The notes: a model not told the origin generated them from the letters alone. Positions 10,701 through 19,365 are shown, counted from the first letter of the stretch. The stretch: DNA of 64,000 nucleotides from Candidatus Hodarchaeota archaeon (GCA_048887225.1 JBHLJY010000005.1:64001-128000); one strand, 5' to 3'. Made by a program: numbers and translations.

Positions 10701-11213
10701 AGCCTCGCATTCTTTTTCACAGAGCTGACAGGCATTTTTTGTTAAATATAAGCATTTTTCTGGATCTATAGTAGCTTTACGTGGGACGGCTTGTGGAAAT
10801 GGTATGTAGATTGCTTTACGGTTACCCATCCCTTCTTCAAATTCCGAAGGAATTTTTTTCATAGGACATTTTTCTACACATGCACCGCAGCCTGTACATT
10901 TTTCAATGTCTACATATCTAGATTTCTTTAAGATCTTCACGTTAAAATTACCAGCTTCCCCTGTTACTTCTTGGACTTCCGAATAAGTCAAGAGTTCTAT
11001 ATTAGGATGACGAGCGACCTCAACCATTTTGGGAGCCAAAATGCAAATGCTACAGTCTAAAGTGGGAAATGTCTTATCTAATTGTGCCATTCGCCCACCA
11101 ACACTTGGAGTTTTCTCAACTAATATAACTCGATATCCTTGTTCACCTAAAGACAGAGCTGCTTCGATACCACTGATACCTCCGCCAATAATTAAAATAT
11201 TACTATTAGTCAT
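7728..11213 (-). CDS. hdrA: Tandem HdrA-HdrA-MvhD fusion (FAD/Fe-S heterodisulfide reductase A-like with C-terminal [2Fe-2S] MvhD)
   Basis: Two Rossmann motifs (GGGISG, GGGIAG), FPTLDCSIC, CVGSR twice, CECG, ferredoxin motifs, and C-terminal MvhD motifs FLCNWCSYAGAD...RVMCTGR...GCHIGDCHY...WVSASEG. Confidence 0.93.
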   Translation of the reverse strand: MTNSNILIIGGGISGIEAALSLGEQGYRVILVEKTPSVGGRMAQLDKTFPTLDCSICILAPKMVEVARHPNIELLTYSEVQEVTGEAGNFNVKILKKSRYVDIEKCTGCGACVEKCPMKKIPSEFEEGMGNRKAIYIPFPQAVPRKATIDPEKCLYLTKNACQLCEKECEAGAIVWDMKDEVVEYNVASIIIATGIDILDPSVLTRYHYDEYPNVITSMQYERLLSASGPTEGELLRPSDQKHAHEIAFIGCVGSRNESLCSYCSKFCCMYMAKEGVVTREHSPDTNVTIFFNDTRVIGKNQEEFIERAKDEYELKYYHGIPGDVREDPETRDLLVKHANLDTGEVETSRFDLVVLGSAVIPRRDSEQLAKILGIETNELGFFKTKNSLEDLQSTQEGIYVTGCCQSPDDIANSVAKASGAAALAALHAEPLSEEEQRVELPPLKIVNESDKPRIGVFICECGVNIGGYMDVPEIVEYTKTLPDVMFAMHNKYSCSSLTQDIIKEKIEELDLNRIVVAACTPRTHEPLFQKTIREAGLNEYLFNFVSIRELDSWVHMNEHKKATDKAKDLIRMGVARTRFLRPELKIKGDVVPEALVIGGGIAGLTAAMEIANKGYKVHLIEKDDKLGGQLNLIYMINFDRIDSKEYLDVKLNEYNQIKNISTYLNSEVSDVKGSIGNFNIKVKNNVNNKIADLNVGVIVVATGAYEYKPVGWYHYGEDPRIMTQLELSEKLKDNELKGGEEIVFIHCVGSRQPEGVNGCTYCSLICCSESIRHALYVRENYPTSNVYVLYRDIRVGTDEEPYYWQARENINYIRFNEYPEVELTNGKINVKVKDILTQVTLNIDADRVVLSTPLKPYDNKLLSELLKVPRDQNGFFLEAHVKLRPVDFATDGIYLAGTAHGPKGIADSISQARGAAAHALIPLISGIVENEPLVSVVNPSLCIACQKCEEVCNFGAIGVNFDNEKLVSESNPLLCKGCGDCSAACPAGAITMSHFADDQLTPMISEALKGEFIDERPRIVAFLCNWCSYAGADTCGVSRFQYPTNIRPIRVMCTGRIPKSFILRAFLEGADGVFVGGCHIGDCHYLEGNYDMLRRYNEIQEILEKVGINPERYRLEWVSASEGKRFSEVITDFIGKVKELGPIAERGDKIEKKEEAKEGA

Positions 11214-11678
11214 TATTCTTCAATTTTCAATTTTTGAAATAATTCTCTTATAATTTGATTGATATTGATACTATTTTCTCAAATTAATAATCATTTTTGA
11301 AAATTCTTATTAAGTTTAAAAACATATAAATTTTTATTATCTAATTATTACCAAATCATTTAAATATTTTACTAAAAATGACTGAAAACGGAAGATTATA
11401 TGAATTTCAAATCAGAAGAAGTAGATTTTCGATCAAGTATTTTTAAAAGAATTAGTAAAAATAACAAATTATTATCTTTAATTGTTAATATATGAAAATG
11501 ACAAAAAAATTACTGTTTGGTTCATTTTTTAAGAAAATTCTCTTTTTAAAATTAATTTTTTGTTAAAAAACCGATATTAATAATAAAGAAAGATTATAAA
11601 CTATTAATTTTAATAATATATTTAACAAGAAAAAACAAAATTTTTATTGAGCTATATATAGATTTTTGGTGATTTGGA

Positions 11679-12335
11679 ATAAAGATTGTAGTAACGGGAG
11701 CGTCACAATGCGGAAAATCAAGTTACTTAAATTATTTTGATAAAAACTCTTTGAATGTACAAGTAGGAGGGAAAACTATTGCGATGGACGTAGCTAGCAT
11801 AAATTTCAATGGATTTCAAATAACATTGTTCGGCACGCCTGGTCTCGCACGATTTAAAGTAATGAGAAAGATTATTTCAAATGGAGCTGATGGAATCGTT
11901 TTTATTTTTGATGCTACAAATCCCGACTCCGATAATGATGCTATATCAATATTGAGAGAAATAATAAACCCAAAAGCTCCAAAAGTTTATTTAGCTAATA
12001 AGCAAGATTTGATGGGAGCACGCTCACCCGCAGTGTTGCAAGCTCAAAATAAATTACCTAAAGATTGTAAAATTTTCCCCTCAAGTATAAAAACTGGACT
12101 TAATATAAAAGAATCTTTAAAATATTTAGTGGGTGAAATATTTAAAAAATACAAAAAACTTATACAAATTCTCTGCAATTATGAAACTAACATTAGAGGA
12201 CTAGCAGAAAAATTAGGTAAAAACAAAAGTCAGATGCGTGACTTTTTATATTATTTGGAAATTAGACGATTTATTATAATTGACCGAGTTAATAAGGTAT
12301 ATAGAGTTAATAAAGCCTTAAAAAATATAGTTTAA
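11679..12335 (+). CDS. MglA-like small GTPase with C-terminal winged-helix-like domain
   Basis: Frame extends upstream of the tracked TTG (11751) to include IKIVVTGASQCGKS (G1); TIAMD, FGTPG and NKQD motifs; start codon uncertain (ATA at 11679 or a frameshift). Confidence 0.8.
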   Translation: MKIVVTGASQCGKSSYLNYFDKNSLNVQVGGKTIAMDVASINFNGFQITLFGTPGLARFKVMRKIISNGADGIVFIFDATNPDSDNDAISILREIINPKAPKVYLANKQDLMGARSPAVLQAQNKLPKDCKIFPSSIKTGLNIKESLKYLVGEIFKKYKKLIQILCNYETNIRGLAEKLGKNKSQMRDFLYYLEIRRFIIIDRVNKVYRVNKALKNIV

Positions 12336-13774
12336 TTATATCTTTTATTTAATGGTATTTTATGAAGGATATTCTCATCTAATTCAATTTTTCTAAGAAA
12401 TATTAGCCCAATCAAGAAAAAGATGCCCATTGAGGACATAGCAATCGTAATAATTATTGGATTTTCCTCATTAGGACCAAAGAGAATAAAACCTATCATA
12501 ATGGATGCAATAGCGCGAGAAATAAACAACAAAAAAGATTGCAATCCATTGTAAGCTCCTGAAATTTCAGAGATGGCTTTATCTGTTATCTCAACTCCAT
12601 TTTTAGCTGCAGCTTCATAAATTAATGCAGCAGTTATTGGTCCAACAAATAATCCAAATCCATAAATAGATCCTAAAATTGTACCAACGGTAATTATAAA
12701 GATTAGAATCTTAAGCTCAAAAGAAAAGATCTCAATTAAAAAAAAAAGCTCTAAAAATGATGCAATAACTGTTAATGTAATGCATATATAATATGACTTT
12801 ATAAGAGCATATTTTTTAAGAATTATTCTCCAAATATAGAACCATCCAAACTTGCATGAAAATGAAATAATAACATAAAGCAAAAAGTCAATACCTCTAA
12901 ACTTGAGCGAATAAGTTAGAAAAGGTATAACTAGAATACCCAACATATGGGTGGATATAGTGGTGAAAAATCCGACAAAGACAAACTTTCTATACTTTTT
13001 ATCCTTAGCTGGTACAATCATTTGTTGAAAAGTAGCTCGGACTGATTTTTTCTTCATTTCAGATTCAGGAGAGATTTTATGAAAGCTCTCATCTACCGAA
13101 AAGAAGGTTAATATTATTGATATAAATCCAAAAATGGCGAATAAACCACCTATTATAGGAATATAAGTAAGTATTACTTTTCCTGATGGTTCCCACCATT
13201 TAACATTTTCTGGATCTTTGAGAAGACTTTGAACAAATAAAGGCAACATTAGAGCCAAAATTGATGCAATAATTGATAGAAATGTCCCTACAGCTGCCAC
13301 TTTCTTTCTGTTTTCGTTAGTTTGAGATTGTTCCGGTCCCATTGAAGCATATGAAGTTAAAATTGACATTGCCGATATAGCATTTAAAATAAATATAATC
13401 CATAAATAGATAGCCGTTGGCCAAAACATAGAATTTGTTTTGGGACATTTCCATGGTGGAAGCCATATTAGAATATTTGTTAAAAACCAAATGGGTAACC
13501 CATAAATTAAAAACAAACGACGTTTTCCGAGTTTGCTTGGCTTTTTATTGTCTGCTAAAACACCAAAAATGATAGAAAAAATTGCCGAAATAATTAGTTG
13601 CATAGCCATTCCTATTGTAACGAGAATTGAATTCAAATTAATTGTATAAACGTAAAATTGAAAAATGAATACACTTCTAAAAATGTCCGTTAAAAGTACT
13701 CCAAAAAATCCTATAGTGAATCCAATTATTCGTTTTCCATGTAATTCGCGTGGGACTTTTATTGTCTCACTCAT
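12332..13774 (-). CDS. MFS transporter, GPH/MelB-like family (copy 2)
   Basis: About 12 hydrophobic segments; GVLADNKKPSKLGKRRLF loop motif; paralog of 13864-15333. Confidence 0.85.
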   Translation of the reverse strand: MSETIKVPRELHGKRIIGFTIGFFGVLLTDIFRSVFIFQFYVYTINLNSILVTIGMAMQLIISAIFSIIFGVLADNKKPSKLGKRRLFLIYGLPIWFLTNILIWLPPWKCPKTNSMFWPTAIYLWIIFILNAISAMSILTSYASMGPEQSQTNENRKKVAAVGTFLSIIASILALMLPLFVQSLLKDPENVKWWEPSGKVILTYIPIIGGLFAIFGFISIILTFFSVDESFHKISPESEMKKKSVRATFQQMIVPAKDKKYRKFVFVGFFTTISTHMLGILVIPFLTYSLKFRGIDFLLYVIISFSCKFGWFYIWRIILKKYALIKSYYICITLTVIASFLELFFLIEIFSFELKILIFIITVGTILGSIYGFGLFVGPITAALIYEAAAKNGVEITDKAISEISGAYNGLQSFLLFISRAIASIMIGFILFGPNEENPIIITIAMSSMGIFFLIGLIFLRKIELDENILHKIPLNKRYN

Positions 13775-13781
13775 GTTTCGT

Positions 13782-13810
13782 GAAATACAGAATTAAATAT
13801 TATCTTTATG
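13782..13810 (-). promoter_or_regulatory. Duplicated 29-bp upstream element (putative promoter) of MFS copy 2
   Basis: + strand gaaatacagaattaaatattatctttatg is identical to 15341-15369 and lies 7 nt upstream of the ATG in both copies. Confidence 0.6.
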
Positions 13811-13863
13811 ATTTTAAACAAGAAAAATATTATAGTATTAAAAAAGAGAGGGATTTAATCTGT

Positions 13864-15333
13864 TTATGGTTGTATAACTGTTCTCGAAGTCTCTTTACTT
13901 TCATTAGTAGTATTAATGTCAGAGATACTTCTTTCTAATTTAATTTTTCCAAGAATTAATATACTAATTAAGAAAAATATGCCCATGGAACACAGACATA
14001 GCGTAATAATTATAGGATTCTCTGAATTTGGTCCCATAAGAATAATCCCTACCATAACGGTAGCTGAGGCTTGACCAACAGACATCATAAAAGTCTGTAA
14101 TCCGAAATAAGCTCCCGAAAGTTCAGAGACTGCTTTATCCTTATCATTATTTTCAACTTTTTCTGCTGCTTCGTAAACTAAGACACCTGCTAATGGCGTT
14201 GCAAACAATCGAAATGAATAAATAGCTCCCAATATTGTACCTATAGTTATAACAAATAGAATAATCTTAAACTCAAAAGAAAGCATATTAATTAAAAAGA
14301 AAACCTCTAAAAATGAAGCAATAACAGAGCTAGCGACACATAGAGAATACGTCTTGATAAGCGATTGTTTTTCTTTTTCAAGAATTTTTTTCCAAATAAA
14401 GAACCATCCAAACTTACAGAAAATTGAAACAACAACATAAATATAAAAGTCGTTTCCCTTAAATTTAAGCACAAAAGCAAGAAAAGGTATAACTAAAATA
14501 CCTAAAATTCTGCTTCCATAACTATTAAAATATCTTACAGCCAGATACTTTCTATACTTTTTATCCTTGGCAGGAATTACCATTTGTTGAAAAGTAGCCA
14601 AAATTGATTTCTTTTTCATTTCAGTGGTTTGAGAGATATTATGAAAGCTCTCATCTACAGAAAAAAAAGTTAAAATTAATGAAATTAATCCAAAAAGAAC
14701 AAATGCGATTCCTATCAATGGCATAAAAAAAAGGATTACTTTTCCGGAAGGCTCCCACCATTTAACAGATGTTGGATCTTCAAGTATGCTCTGAATCATC
14801 AATGGGAGTAATAGAGCCAAAATTGAAGCAATAATGGTGAAAAATGTATTCATTGATGCTACACTTTTTCGGTTATTATGGGTTTGAGACTGTTCAGGCA
14901 GCATTGATATGTGTGCCGTCAAGATTGAAGTTCCTGATATTGAATTTAAAATAATTACAATCCAAAAATAAATCGTGGTAGGTAAAAAAATTGAATTATT
15001 CTTTGGACAATACCAAGGAGGGATCCATATTAAGATACTAGTTAAAACCCAAATAGGTAATCCATAGATTAAAAAGGGTCGCCGTTTTCCGAAACGCCCC
15101 GGCTTTTTATTATCTGTCATCACCCCGAATACAATAGAAAACACAGCCGCAAGAATTAAGCGGATAGCAATTCCGACAGACACAATTAAAGAATTTAAAT
15201 TAATTGTGTAAACATAGAATTGAAAGGCAAATACGGAAATTAAGAGATTAGTTAAAAATAGTCCAAAAAATCCTACAGAATATCCAAATAATTTTGGTCC
15301 ATGTAATTCTCGAGGTTTTATTGTCTCACTCAT
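13864..15333 (-). CDS. MFS transporter, GPH/MelB-like family (copy 1)
   Basis: About 12 TM segments; GVMTDNKKPGRFGKRRPF motif; shares MSETIK.PRELHG and KWWEPSGKVIL with its neighbour. Confidence 0.85.
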   Translation of the reverse strand: MSETIKPRELHGPKLFGYSVGFFGLFLTNLLISVFAFQFYVYTINLNSLIVSVGIAIRLILAAVFSIVFGVMTDNKKPGRFGKRRPFLIYGLPIWVLTSILIWIPPWYCPKNNSIFLPTTIYFWIVIILNSISGTSILTAHISMLPEQSQTHNNRKSVASMNTFFTIIASILALLLPLMIQSILEDPTSVKWWEPSGKVILFFMPLIGIAFVLFGLISLILTFFSVDESFHNISQTTEMKKKSILATFQQMVIPAKDKKYRKYLAVRYFNSYGSRILGILVIPFLAFVLKFKGNDFYIYVVVSIFCKFGWFFIWKKILEKEKQSLIKTYSLCVASSVIASFLEVFFLINMLSFEFKIILFVITIGTILGAIYSFRLFATPLAGVLVYEAAEKVENNDKDKAVSELSGAYFGLQTFMMSVGQASATVMVGIILMGPNSENPIIITLCLCSMGIFFLISILILGKIKLERSISDINTTNESKETSRTVIQP

Positions 15334-15340
15334 GTTTCAA

Positions 15341-15369
15341 GAAATACAGAATTAAATATTATCTTTATG
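15341..15369 (-). promoter_or_regulatory. Duplicated 29-bp upstream element (putative promoter) of MFS copy 1
   Basis: Identical to 13782-13810. Confidence 0.6.
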
Positions 15370-15503
15370 GTTCTGAAATAGGAAAAAGTTTGTAATACGT
15401 AAAATTGATAGATATAATCTCCATCCTAAAAAATTTAAATAGATTAAGATTGATTAAACATATCATAATAAAAAAGGATTAAAAATTAAAATTAGTTAAT
15501 TTT

Positions 15504-15788
15504 TTATAGAAAACCATTTAATTCTTCTCTTAATATATTTCTATATTCAATATCTTCATCTATTAACTCAAATTCGTCCTCATAGCCTGAGTAAATGTCA
15601 AACAGCGTGTCTTTTTTAAAGACCGTTAAAAATAATATTATTAAATTAGATATATTAATAAAGCAATCTCGGCAGTTTTCATACTTAAACAAATTATGAA
15701 CAAGCTCAGAAATTAATTTGAATTCGCATTTCTGAATCTTTTTAATATCGAACTTATATAATTCATGAAATTTAAGAGTCTTTTCCAA
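15504..15788 (-). CDS. Hypothetical protein
   Basis: 94-aa ORF, TTG start, one CxxC and an acidic C-terminus. Confidence 0.45.
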   Translation of the reverse strand: MEKTLKFHELYKFDIKKIQKCEFKLISELVHNLFKYENCRDCFINISNLIILFLTVFKKDTLFDIYSGYEDEFELIDEDIEYRNILREELNGFL

Positions 15789-15848
15789 TCTTTTTAATTA
15801 TTTGTTCTCATTAAAGATCTTCCATTTCATAAAAAATCACTGTGGCAT

Positions 15849-16040
15849 TTAATGTGATTTTTTATTTTTATGATCCACGAATTTTAGACGATACCTAGTA
15901 ATTATTTTTGAGAGTTGCCAAATAGATTGAACATTATTTGATGCCACAGCTTTATTTAAATCGTTATAATATTTCGTCAAGCTCTTATTATTATAGTCCG
16001 AGAACTTAATTTCTTTTTGAGCTTCATCCTTTATAGTCAT
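15849..16040 (-). CDS. Small hypothetical protein
   Basis: ORF; ATG at 16040 (MTIKDEAQKE, 63 aa) is more plausible than the upstream TTG. Confidence 0.4.
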   Translation of the reverse strand: MTIKDEAQKEIKFSDYNNKSLTKYYNDLNKAVASNNVQSIWQLSKIITRYRLKFVDHKNKKSH

Positions 16041-16217
16041 AAATTTAAAAGGATAAAAGTAATTTAAAAAAAAGTATAATATCAATATATTATACTGGAT
16101 TGTTAAAATGCCTCCTTAAAAAGAACTAAAATTAATTAACTTTTTTGGAATATAATTATTTATTAAAAATAGATAATAATTACAGTAAGAATTTGATTAT
16201 TAAAGGAATAATCTAAT

Positions 16218-17378
16218 ATGGCAAAAACTAGGTCAGAAGACACATTAATACTTAATGTTTTTACGCCGGGTATTACTTTTATGAAACTCGTTTATAATGC
16301 CGTAGAACATTTTTGCGAGATAAAGAAAAAGATTGACGAAAGTAGCAGGTTTAATATTATTTTATTTCAAGAAGATGGTCCAAATTATCTTGAAAACTTC
16401 ACATTAAATCCTAAAAATATTCTAATTGCGCTAAAGTCATTAGAACCAGTGATTATAAGAGGAAATATAGGTGGGGGTATATTTGTTGCAATTTCATTTA
16501 TTATTGATGTTTTTAAAAAAATTTCAGAAAAGACATTTCGTTTAATTATTTTAACTGACTCTGGATCTCCTAGAATATCTAAATTATATATGCCAATATT
16601 AGAAAATTTAATTGCTCAAGTTAAAGATATGCCTTTTTTTATAGATATAATCAGACTTAATGTAGATGATTATGAAGAAGATGCAAAATTAATGAATTTA
16701 GTGAGAATATGTAATGGAGGCATCCACGAAATAAATAGTATAAATTTATTAGCTGACATATTAGAATTACTGGCATTAAAACGAGAAATAGAAGTGAGTT
16801 CCTTAATCGAAGGTAAGGATTATATTATTCCACCTGAGAATCAACCCTTTTATATAAATTTGGCAGAAATTCCTATAGAAATAGAAGAACCAGAAGTTTG
16901 TTCAATATGTTTTCAAAAGGATGATAGATCTATTGTGAAGTGCCCCAATTGTGATATTATAGCCCATAAGGCCTGTTGGGCTCTGTGGACCACGAAATCG
17001 TCAATTGGAATATCTCACGTATTTAGATGTCATAACTGCTATAACTTGATCAAACTTGACAAAGATTTTGTACAAAGAATGAAATTAGCAAAAAAAGTTG
17101 AATTAGCACAGATTTTGCCAGAAAAAAATCTGGAGGATATTCACGATTATCTAATAAGTTTAGAAGCTGGAGAGGTACCAAAAATTGTTTCTGCTGAAAC
17201 TCCTATGGCAAATCCAAAAACTTTTGAAAGTATTGGAAATTTAGATGATGAATCAGAAGAAGTTCCCATCCCTGAATTTGGTGATGATGAATGGAAATTT
17301 ATGTTATGCCCCTATTGCCATAAAATGATTACGTCTGGTCATAAAAGATGCCCAAATTGCCATCGTACATTTAAATAG
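16218..17378 (+). CDS. vWA-like domain protein with C4HC3 (PHD/RING-like) finger and C-terminal zinc ribbon
   Basis: vWA-like elements RFNIILF, GNIGGGIFVA and RLIILTDSG; C-x2-C-x10-C-x2-C-x4-H-x2-C-x17-C-x2-C; terminal CPYC...CPNC. Confidence 0.7.
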   Translation: MAKTRSEDTLILNVFTPGITFMKLVYNAVEHFCEIKKKIDESSRFNIILFQEDGPNYLENFTLNPKNILIALKSLEPVIIRGNIGGGIFVAISFIIDVFKKISEKTFRLIILTDSGSPRISKLYMPILENLIAQVKDMPFFIDIIRLNVDDYEEDAKLMNLVRICNGGIHEINSINLLADILELLALKREIEVSSLIEGKDYIIPPENQPFYINLAEIPIEIEEPEVCSICFQKDDRSIVKCPNCDIIAHKACWALWTTKSSIGISHVFRCHNCYNLIKLDKDFVQRMKLAKKVELAQILPEKNLEDIHDYLISLEAGEVPKIVSAETPMANPKTFESIGNLDDESEEVPIPEFGDDEWKFMLCPYCHKMITSGHKRCPNCHRTFK

Positions 17379-17451
17379 TAGTTAAATTACTTTTTTTCCC
17401 TAACCAGAAGTTTATAAGAATTATTATTCAAAAAAAAGTAAAGAAGTTTTT

Positions 17452-19365
17452 TTATAAGAATTCAAAGGGAGAAATTATTTCTTTTCTGTATTTTTTTTTA
17501 AGAACTAAAAGCTTGTCTCGTTCATCATAAAGAATTTTCCAGAAAAAGTCGGGAACATTCTTTTCTTTCTTATACATTGTCTCTATTCGTTCCCACTTTT
17601 CTAATAGTTTAGCGACTCTGATTTCAAACTGCTCTTCGTATTCTTTTTTGGAATAATCTTTCTCTAAGTATCTATTGAACAATTCTTTCAAATCCTCATA
17701 TTTTGGAATATACCCTACTGGTGTCTGAATTGCCTCAAAATCTCCATAAGAACGGCCTTCTGCCCAAATAACCCAACATAATTTATCTAGCATGCCATTT
17801 AAATACTTACCCTCCTGATCTTTAAGAAAATAATTCGTCGCAAATACTTTAGGAGGGTGTTCTAAACTATTTCCAAACTTTTTATGGTTCTCCAAATACT
17901 TGCCAAGTGGGACTACAACAAAATCCAAGTTAGCCATTGGTTGTTGGGTTCTTACTCCTTCTTGACCAAGTGTTGCGGAGGTTGTTTCAGATTCTATCGA
18001 GGCACCAAGAAAAACACCATGCTCCCAATTGAGACTCTCAAGTACTGGAGGCATTGTATCAGAATCCCTTCCGCCGTAAAAGATTCCATGTATTGGTACT
18101 CCATCTGGGTTATGTAAATTTTCATCAGCATTTTTTAATTCTTCAATTCGAACAGTGTATCTAGCGTTTGGATGAGCATGGGGAATATCCCTGTTATCTT
18201 TATCTTTCTTCTCCTTATACCATTCTCCTGAGAAGTTCGTACCGTTCTCAGGGATTTCTCTTCCATCTCCTATCCAATAAGGAGTTCCTTCTTTAATAAG
18301 CACGTTAGAAAAAATCGTTTCTCGGGGAGTCGTAATTGCATCCCAAATGAATGGGTCATCCTCAGGATTTACATCCTTAATAATACCAAAAAGTCCTTGT
18401 TCAATATTGACTACATGAGCATAACCATCATTCCATGGCCTAAGGTATACGATATCGTCACCCATAACAGTATGTCCTGGAAGCATTGCCGTACTTGTTT
18501 TACCGCATGCACTTGGGTATGCGCCGCAAAAGTATGAAACTCGATCTTTTTCCTTAGGATGTACTCCAAGAATGAAATAATGTTCTGCTAACCAATCCTC
18601 TTTATTTGATTGATTTATTGCCAATCTAAGAGCGAGTTTTTTCAGTCCTAGGGAGTTTCCCGCGTATTGATTATTCACGGATAAAACACGATTTTCTTGT
18701 AAATCCACATAAATCCTTCTTTTATAAAGATTTTTTGAAACTGGGGGATTTCCTTCGAGTTCTCCGGCAGAATGAATGAAATAATAGAAATCACTAGACC
18801 CATTTAATTTTTTGAATTCTTCGTATCCTTTCCTGTAAAGGATATCCTCACTATGACATACATATAGTGAATCAGTTAGTTGTAATGCTAGGATTGAAAA
18901 CTTCGAATTAATTGGACCTAAACAAAAGAATCGAACTATACATTCATTTCCTTTCATGCACCCATCCATAATTTCCAAAATTTCTTTCAAACCCTCATTT
19001 CTATCAATTGTATTAATCCATGGACTTGCATAATCACATTTAGGGACCAATACTTTAGTATTTATTTTATCTCTTGCTTGGTCGTGATAACTCATAGTGG
19101 AAAACGCATCGTAATGGATTGTATGGCCCTCTATTGATAATTTAGATTCTTCTCCAATATCGATAGCTTTTTGCCTAACATAATCTATATCTTCTTGTGA
19201 ATCAGTAATTACTGTCACTTTATTTGGCTTGCATAGCGAGACGAATTTCTTAACGATTTTTAAAACATGCTCGTTATTTAAAGCAAAAAGTTTATCGATG
19301 TTTTCTTGGTCAATAACATCAGAACCAAATGCTTTTGAATTTATTGACGAGTCCATATTAATCAT
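17452..19365 (-). CDS. pckG: Phosphoenolpyruvate carboxykinase (GTP)
   Basis: YAGNSLGLKK, WLAEH, AYPSACGKTS, GDDI, HPNARY and GGRD motifs. Confidence 0.95.
   Translation of the reverse strand: MINMDSSINSKAFGSDVIDQENIDKLFALNNEHVLKIVKKFVSLCKPNKVTVITDSQEDIDYVRQKAIDIGEESKLSIEGHTIHYDAFSTMSYHDQARDKINTKVLVPKCDYASPWINTIDRNEGLKEILEIMDGCMKGNECIVRFFCLGPINSKFSILALQLTDSLYVCHSEDILYRKGYEEFKKLNGSSDFYYFIHSAGELEGNPPVSKNLYKRRIYVDLQENRVLSVNNQYAGNSLGLKKLALRLAINQSNKEDWLAEHYFILGVHPKEKDRVSYFCGAYPSACGKTSTAMLPGHTVMGDDIVYLRPWNDGYAHVVNIEQGLFGIIKDVNPEDDPFIWDAITTPRETIFSNVLIKEGTPYWIGDGREIPENGTNFSGEWYKEKKDKDNRDIPHAHPNARYTVRIEELKNADENLHNPDGVPIHGIFYGGRDSDTMPPVLESLNWEHGVFLGASIESETTSATLGQEGVRTQQPMANLDFVVVPLGKYLENHKKFGNSLEHPPKVFATNYFLKDQEGKYLNGMLDKLCWVIWAEGRSYGDFEAIQTPVGYIPKYEDLKELFNRYLEKDYSKKEYEEQFEIRVAKLLEKWERIETMYKKEKNVPDFFWKILYDERDKLLVLKKKYRKEIISPFEFL

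Noticed and set aside
7728-11213. Selenocysteine recoding in HdrA/MvhD, known in some Lokiarchaeia and methanococci
   Set aside because: The ORF is uninterrupted, with Cys codons at the motifs where Sec might be expected (DCSIC, CNWC, GDCHY); no in-frame TGA and no convincing SECIS nearby.
11378-11495. Tiny ORFs (22-31 aa) upstream of hdrA on the + strand
   Set aside because: Short, motif-less and expected by chance in AT-rich DNA.
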